Shown here piece by piece: positions 60,563 through 64,000 of a DNA stretch of 64,000 nt. Within the stretch, counting starts at the first letter, position 1, and each line of letters opens with the position of its first letter. The DNA is from Deltaproteobacteria bacterium. GTDB lineage: Bacteria > Desulfobacterota > Syntrophia > Syntrophales > UBA2210. A program made the translations under genes and the position numbers. The notes beneath the pieces are model-generated. The model saw nothing but the letters and a program-made list of their open reading frames with translations, had not been told where the DNA came from and searched no databases. Location of the stretch: positions 2,696-66,695 of the forward strand of contig JAFGTS010000034.1 in NCBI GenBank assembly GCA_016933965.1. Reading direction: 5' to 3'.

Positions 60563-61840
60563 TCACCGCCCCCCTTTTAAAGCCATGGCAACAATGTTCG
60601 TCATGTGGGTCTCGGGACCATATACATCAATATCGATACCCTCTTCGCTTCCCAAAACCTTCATCCTCCGAAGCCCCTCCTTGTAGTTCGGGCCTCCCCG
60701 CCTGACGAATATCCTTATGTTCTGTTTCCTGATCCGGGAGGCGTATTCCCTCAGGGCCCTGATGATCCCCGCAAAGGTCTTTGCCACATCGGTAAAATTG
60801 GCGATGCCTCCACCGATGATCAGTATCTTTCCGTCGGGATGTTTTTCCCTGGTCATGAGATCGAGGATGGTCCGGGCATAGAGGTAGGTCGTGTGCTCAT
60901 CGGGATTCCCGGAATACTCGCCGTAATTAGCCATTTCATCCATATACCCCAGGTCGGTGATGGTGTCCGCGTAAATGACGGATGCCCCGCCGCCGGCCAC
61001 CATTGTCCAGACCCGCCCCCGGGGGTTCAGCAGGGACAATTTCAGGGATGCCCCGGTCTTTGCGTCGAGCTCCTCGATGAATCTCTCTTCCCGCGCGGGC
61101 TCACGCCCGAAGGGTTTGGGAAAGATGATGTTCCCCCATTCCTTTTCGTTGATAAAGGCTGCCGTGTCATCGAGCTTGGCGGCGTAATCGAGGGGTATTA
61201 CCGTTCTTCCCTTCACCACGAAGGGGTTCATTTCGAGATAGGCGTAGTTGAGATCGCAGTAAAATTGGAAAAGCCCCGTGATGAATGCCGTCATGAGGGA
61301 CTTTTCGGAATCCGGAAGGTTTTTCAAAAGATGCGTTTCTATTTCCTGAAGCGGCGGGGTTTCACCGATCGGCACAAAGAGCTTTTCCGCCCGCGCGTCG
61401 ATGTCACCTACATCGACACCGCCCTGATGAAAAAAGAGGATCCGGTCACCTTCCCGTTCCGACGTGAGAGCGATGTACCGTTCGTCACGGGTCTCGTGGG
61501 GCAGGAACGGTTCGATGATGAAATGTTTGAGAACGCCCGTCACTCCTTCTATGGTGACGGTCCGGTTCATATTGCCGGCGATCCATTCCTTCGCGGTGTT
61601 CCATTCGGCGTCGAGGAGAAGAAGTCCTCCCTTTCCCCGGCGCTTGATCAGCTGGTCCGGCTTGACCACCAGTCGTTTTTTCTCCAGCCACCGGTGACGT
61701 GATGCGGCTTTTTCGAGGTCCGTAAAGGGATCCACGGACAGGCATTGTGCCCTGACGGTGAACCGACCGTCGGCGTACCGCTTCATAAGACGGGCAAGCA
61801 TACTCTTGCCGTCGGCTTCCCTGATGGCCCGCTGTGCCAT
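60563..61840 (-). CDS. aclB: ATP citrate lyase beta subunit
   Basis: VVKPDQLIKRRGK, LDAKTGASLKL, WTMVAGGGASV, ANYGEYSG, GGGIANFT, VRRGGPNY. Confidence 0.95.
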   Translation of the reverse strand: MAQRAIREADGKSMLARLMKRYADGRFTVRAQCLSVDPFTDLEKAASRHRWLEKKRLVVKPDQLIKRRGKGGLLLLDAEWNTAKEWIAGNMNRTVTIEGVTGVLKHFIIEPFLPHETRDERYIALTSEREGDRILFFHQGGVDVGDIDARAEKLFVPIGETPPLQEIETHLLKNLPDSEKSLMTAFITGLFQFYCDLNYAYLEMNPFVVKGRTVIPLDYAAKLDDTAAFINEKEWGNIIFPKPFGREPAREERFIEELDAKTGASLKLSLLNPRGRVWTMVAGGGASVIYADTITDLGYMDEMANYGEYSGNPDEHTTYLYARTILDLMTREKHPDGKILIIGGGIANFTDVAKTFAGIIRALREYASRIRKQNIRIFVRRGGPNYKEGLRRMKVLGSEEGIDIDVYGPETHMTNIVAMALKGGR

Positions 61841-61924
61841 GGCTCTCCCCCTTTTCGCCCCCCGGCACCTCGCTATCCATCCGATCCGCGGCGCACATCG
61901 CAGGGAACAGTGAATGCGAGGGTC

Positions 61925-63139
61925 CTACAGGGTTTTCCCCAGGTTCTCCTGAATGTGGGCGATGAAATCCTCCGTCGATACCTGCCTGTTGCGTGAATCG
62001 GGATCGGCGACCCTCATCAGGTCTCCCGTCATGATACCGCTCTCAACGGTGAACACTGCTGCATCTTCAATTTTCTTCGCGAATTCAAAGAGTTCCGGTG
62101 TCCCATCAAGCTCGGCCCGTTTCTTCAACCCGCCCGTCCAGGCAAAGATGAGGGCCATGGAGTTCGTCGATGTCGCCTCACCGGCAAGATGTTTGTAATA
62201 ATGCTTCTGAACCGTTCCATGGGCGGCCTCATATTCGAAATACCCGCGGGGGGACACCAGGACGGACGTCATCATGGCAAGGCTCCCGTTGGCCGATGCG
62301 AGCATATCTGACATGACGTCACCGTCGTAGTTCTTGCATGCCCAGAGCATTCCTCCCTCGGACTTGATGATCCGGGCCACTGCGTCATCGATGAGGGTAA
62401 AGAAATATTCTATGCCCCGTTCCCGGAACTTCTCCGTCCAGTGTTCTTCATACTCCTGCTCAAAGATGTTCCGGAATTCGGCATCATAGGTCTTTGAGAT
62501 CGTGTCCTTCGTGCTGAACCAGAGATCTATCGCCTGATCATAGGCATAGGTAAAGCAGGCAACGGCGAAGCTTCTGATGGAAGCGTCGGTGTTGTGGATA
62601 CCCTGCAGTATCCCCGGGCCGTCAAAGTCATGAATGACCGTTCTGACCGGTTCCCCGCCGTCGCGGGGGGTGAAGACCATCTCCGCCCTCCCGGCACCGG
62701 GGACCTTCATTTCACGGTTCATATACACGTCACCATAAGCGTGCCTTCCGATATGGATCGGTTTCTTCCAGGTCCGGACGGCGGGCCGTATGTTCCCGAC
62801 CAGTATGGGCGCCCGGAACACGGTCCCGTCGAGGATGCCCCTGATGGTTCCGTTCGGACTCGGCCATTGCTTTTTCAGGCCGTATTCCCTGACCCGGTCC
62901 GCGTTGGGGGTTATGGTCGCGCACTTCACGCCCACGGTGTGCTTTTTTATCGCTTCTGCCGCTTCAACGGTCACCCGGTCGTCCGTCTCGTCCCGGTGTT
63001 TCAGACCCAGATCGTAATAATCGGTCGTCAGATCAAGGTAGGGCAGCAGGAGTTTCTCCTTTACCATGGCCCACATGATCCGGGTCATTTCGTCTCCGTC
63101 GATCTCGACGATAGGCGTCTTCACGACAATCTTCTTCAT
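61925..63139 (-). CDS. icd: Isocitrate dehydrogenase (homodimeric, eukaryote-like NADP type)
   Basis: [40 protein letters not shown]. Confidence 0.95.
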   Translation of the reverse strand: MKKIVVKTPIVEIDGDEMTRIMWAMVKEKLLLPYLDLTTDYYDLGLKHRDETDDRVTVEAAEAIKKHTVGVKCATITPNADRVREYGLKKQWPSPNGTIRGILDGTVFRAPILVGNIRPAVRTWKKPIHIGRHAYGDVYMNREMKVPGAGRAEMVFTPRDGGEPVRTVIHDFDGPGILQGIHNTDASIRSFAVACFTYAYDQAIDLWFSTKDTISKTYDAEFRNIFEQEYEEHWTEKFRERGIEYFFTLIDDAVARIIKSEGGMLWACKNYDGDVMSDMLASANGSLAMMTSVLVSPRGYFEYEAAHGTVQKHYYKHLAGEATSTNSMALIFAWTGGLKKRAELDGTPELFEFAKKIEDAAVFTVESGIMTGDLMRVADPDSRNRQVSTEDFIAHIQENLGKTL

Positions 63140-63153
63140 TCACTTCCTCTCCT

Positions 63154-64000
63154 TCAGCAGTTGTTCTTCCTTCCCGCGTAGGACAGCATGCCCCCGGCCA
63201 GGACGATCTCCCTGGCACGCTCGGAAAGATCGCAGGCAAGGGCATATTCCTCGCCCGTCCTCATGTTCTTCACTGTCAGTGTTTCACCCCGGCTTATGCG
63301 CTCCCGGACCAGCGGTATCTCCAGTTCTTCACCCTGGTTGATCGATTCGTAATCGGCCTCCCGGAGAAACGTGAGCGGAAGGACACCGAAGTTGACCAGG
63401 TTTGCCGCATGGATCCGCTCAAAGGATTTCGCCAGCACCGCCCTGACACCCATGAACATGGGGCAAAGCGCCGCGTGTTCCCGTGACGAGCCCTGGCCGT
63501 AACTGACCCCGGCCACGATGATGTTATGCTTTCCTGAATCCCTGATCTGCCGGGCTCTTCCGTAAAAATCGGGGTCGATCACCTCAAAGAGGAATTCCGA
63601 GTACCGGGGTACGTTGGAGCGGTATTTCATGCGTGACCCCGCGGGGATGATATGGTCCGTCGTGATATTGTCTTCCACCTTGATCGTGACGATCCCTGTG
63701 ATGTTCTCGGGAAGCTCCGTGTTCACGGGCGGTTCACCGATATTGGGACCGCGGTATATTTCTATCTTCTCCGGTTCCGACGGCGGGGAAAGGATCATCG
63801 AGTCATCCACGGGGAAGCGGTCCGGCAGCAAAATGACGGGGCAGGGAATGCCGAGCTTTCTCGGGTCTGTCAGGGTTCCGGTGATGACCGCCGCGGCGGC
63901 TGTTTCCGGGCTTACCAGATACACCCGGGCATCCTTCGTTCCCGACCGCCCCAGAAAATTCCTGTTGCTCGTCCGAAGGGAAACGGCACCGGTCGCCGGG
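63154..64000 (-). CDS. Aconitate hydratase, 5'-truncated by window edge
   Basis: [55 protein letters not shown]. Confidence 0.92.
   Translation of the reverse strand, partial: PATGAVSLRTSNRNFLGRSGTKDARVYLVSPETAAAAVITGTLTDPRKLGIPCPVILLPDRFPVDDSMILSPPSEPEKIEIYRGPNIGEPPVNTELPENITGIVTIKVEDNITTDHIIPAGSRMKYRSNVPRYSEFLFEVIDPDFYGRARQIRDSGKHNIIVAGVSYGQGSSREHAALCPMFMGVRAVLAKSFERIHAANLVNFGVLPLTFLREADYESINQGEELEIPLVRERISRGETLTVKNMRTGEEYALACDLSERAREIVLAGGMLSYAGRKNNC

Noticed and set aside
57253-60705. 1150-aa plus-strand ORF
   Set aside because: Antisense shadow of the PDO gene, trxB and aclA; no motifs; long antisense frames are expected in GC-rich coding DNA

Overview
A 64 kb window from a GC-rich anaerobic bacterium. 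Gene content (ETF, many acyl-CoA ligases and dehydrogenases, a selenoprotein, a REP-like palindrome) suggests Desulfobacterota/Syntrophales, by inference only. No rRNA, tRNA, CRISPR array or intact mobile element was seen. Main blocks: (1) FAD-linked oxidoreductase-etfA-etfB, an ABC importer with a DHH phosphoesterase, an Ntn acylase, an acyl-CoA dehydrogenase, an ADP-forming ligase and an orphan groEL (1-21 kb). (2) A ~25 kb acyl-CoA catabolic cluster (21.5-47 kb). Six of its promoter regions carry the same 29-bp four-half-site palindrome, TAAAG-N2-TAAAG-N5-CTTTA-N2-CTTTA, usually 26-27 bp from a CTTGACAGG -35 box, and a two-HTH MerR-family regulator lies in the cluster. It encodes AtuD-like and isovaleryl-CoA-like dehydrogenases, a CrtI/RetSat-like flavoprotein with a ferredoxin reductase, FadH, and a BKACE-DUF35-Ltp4-Ltp3-DUF35-hotdog-MaoC operon. 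This is a candidate undescribed anaerobic pathway for beta-methyl-branched/isoprenoid acids. (3) A lower-GC cassette of TetR, a PaaK-like ligase and a split B12 acyl-CoA mutase with non-canonical specificity residues (50-54.9 kb). (4) ftsH and an aconitase-icd-aclB-aclA-trxB operon ending in a UGA-recoded selenoprotein that the ORF track splits in two. All family assignments come from motif recognition; no database searches were run.
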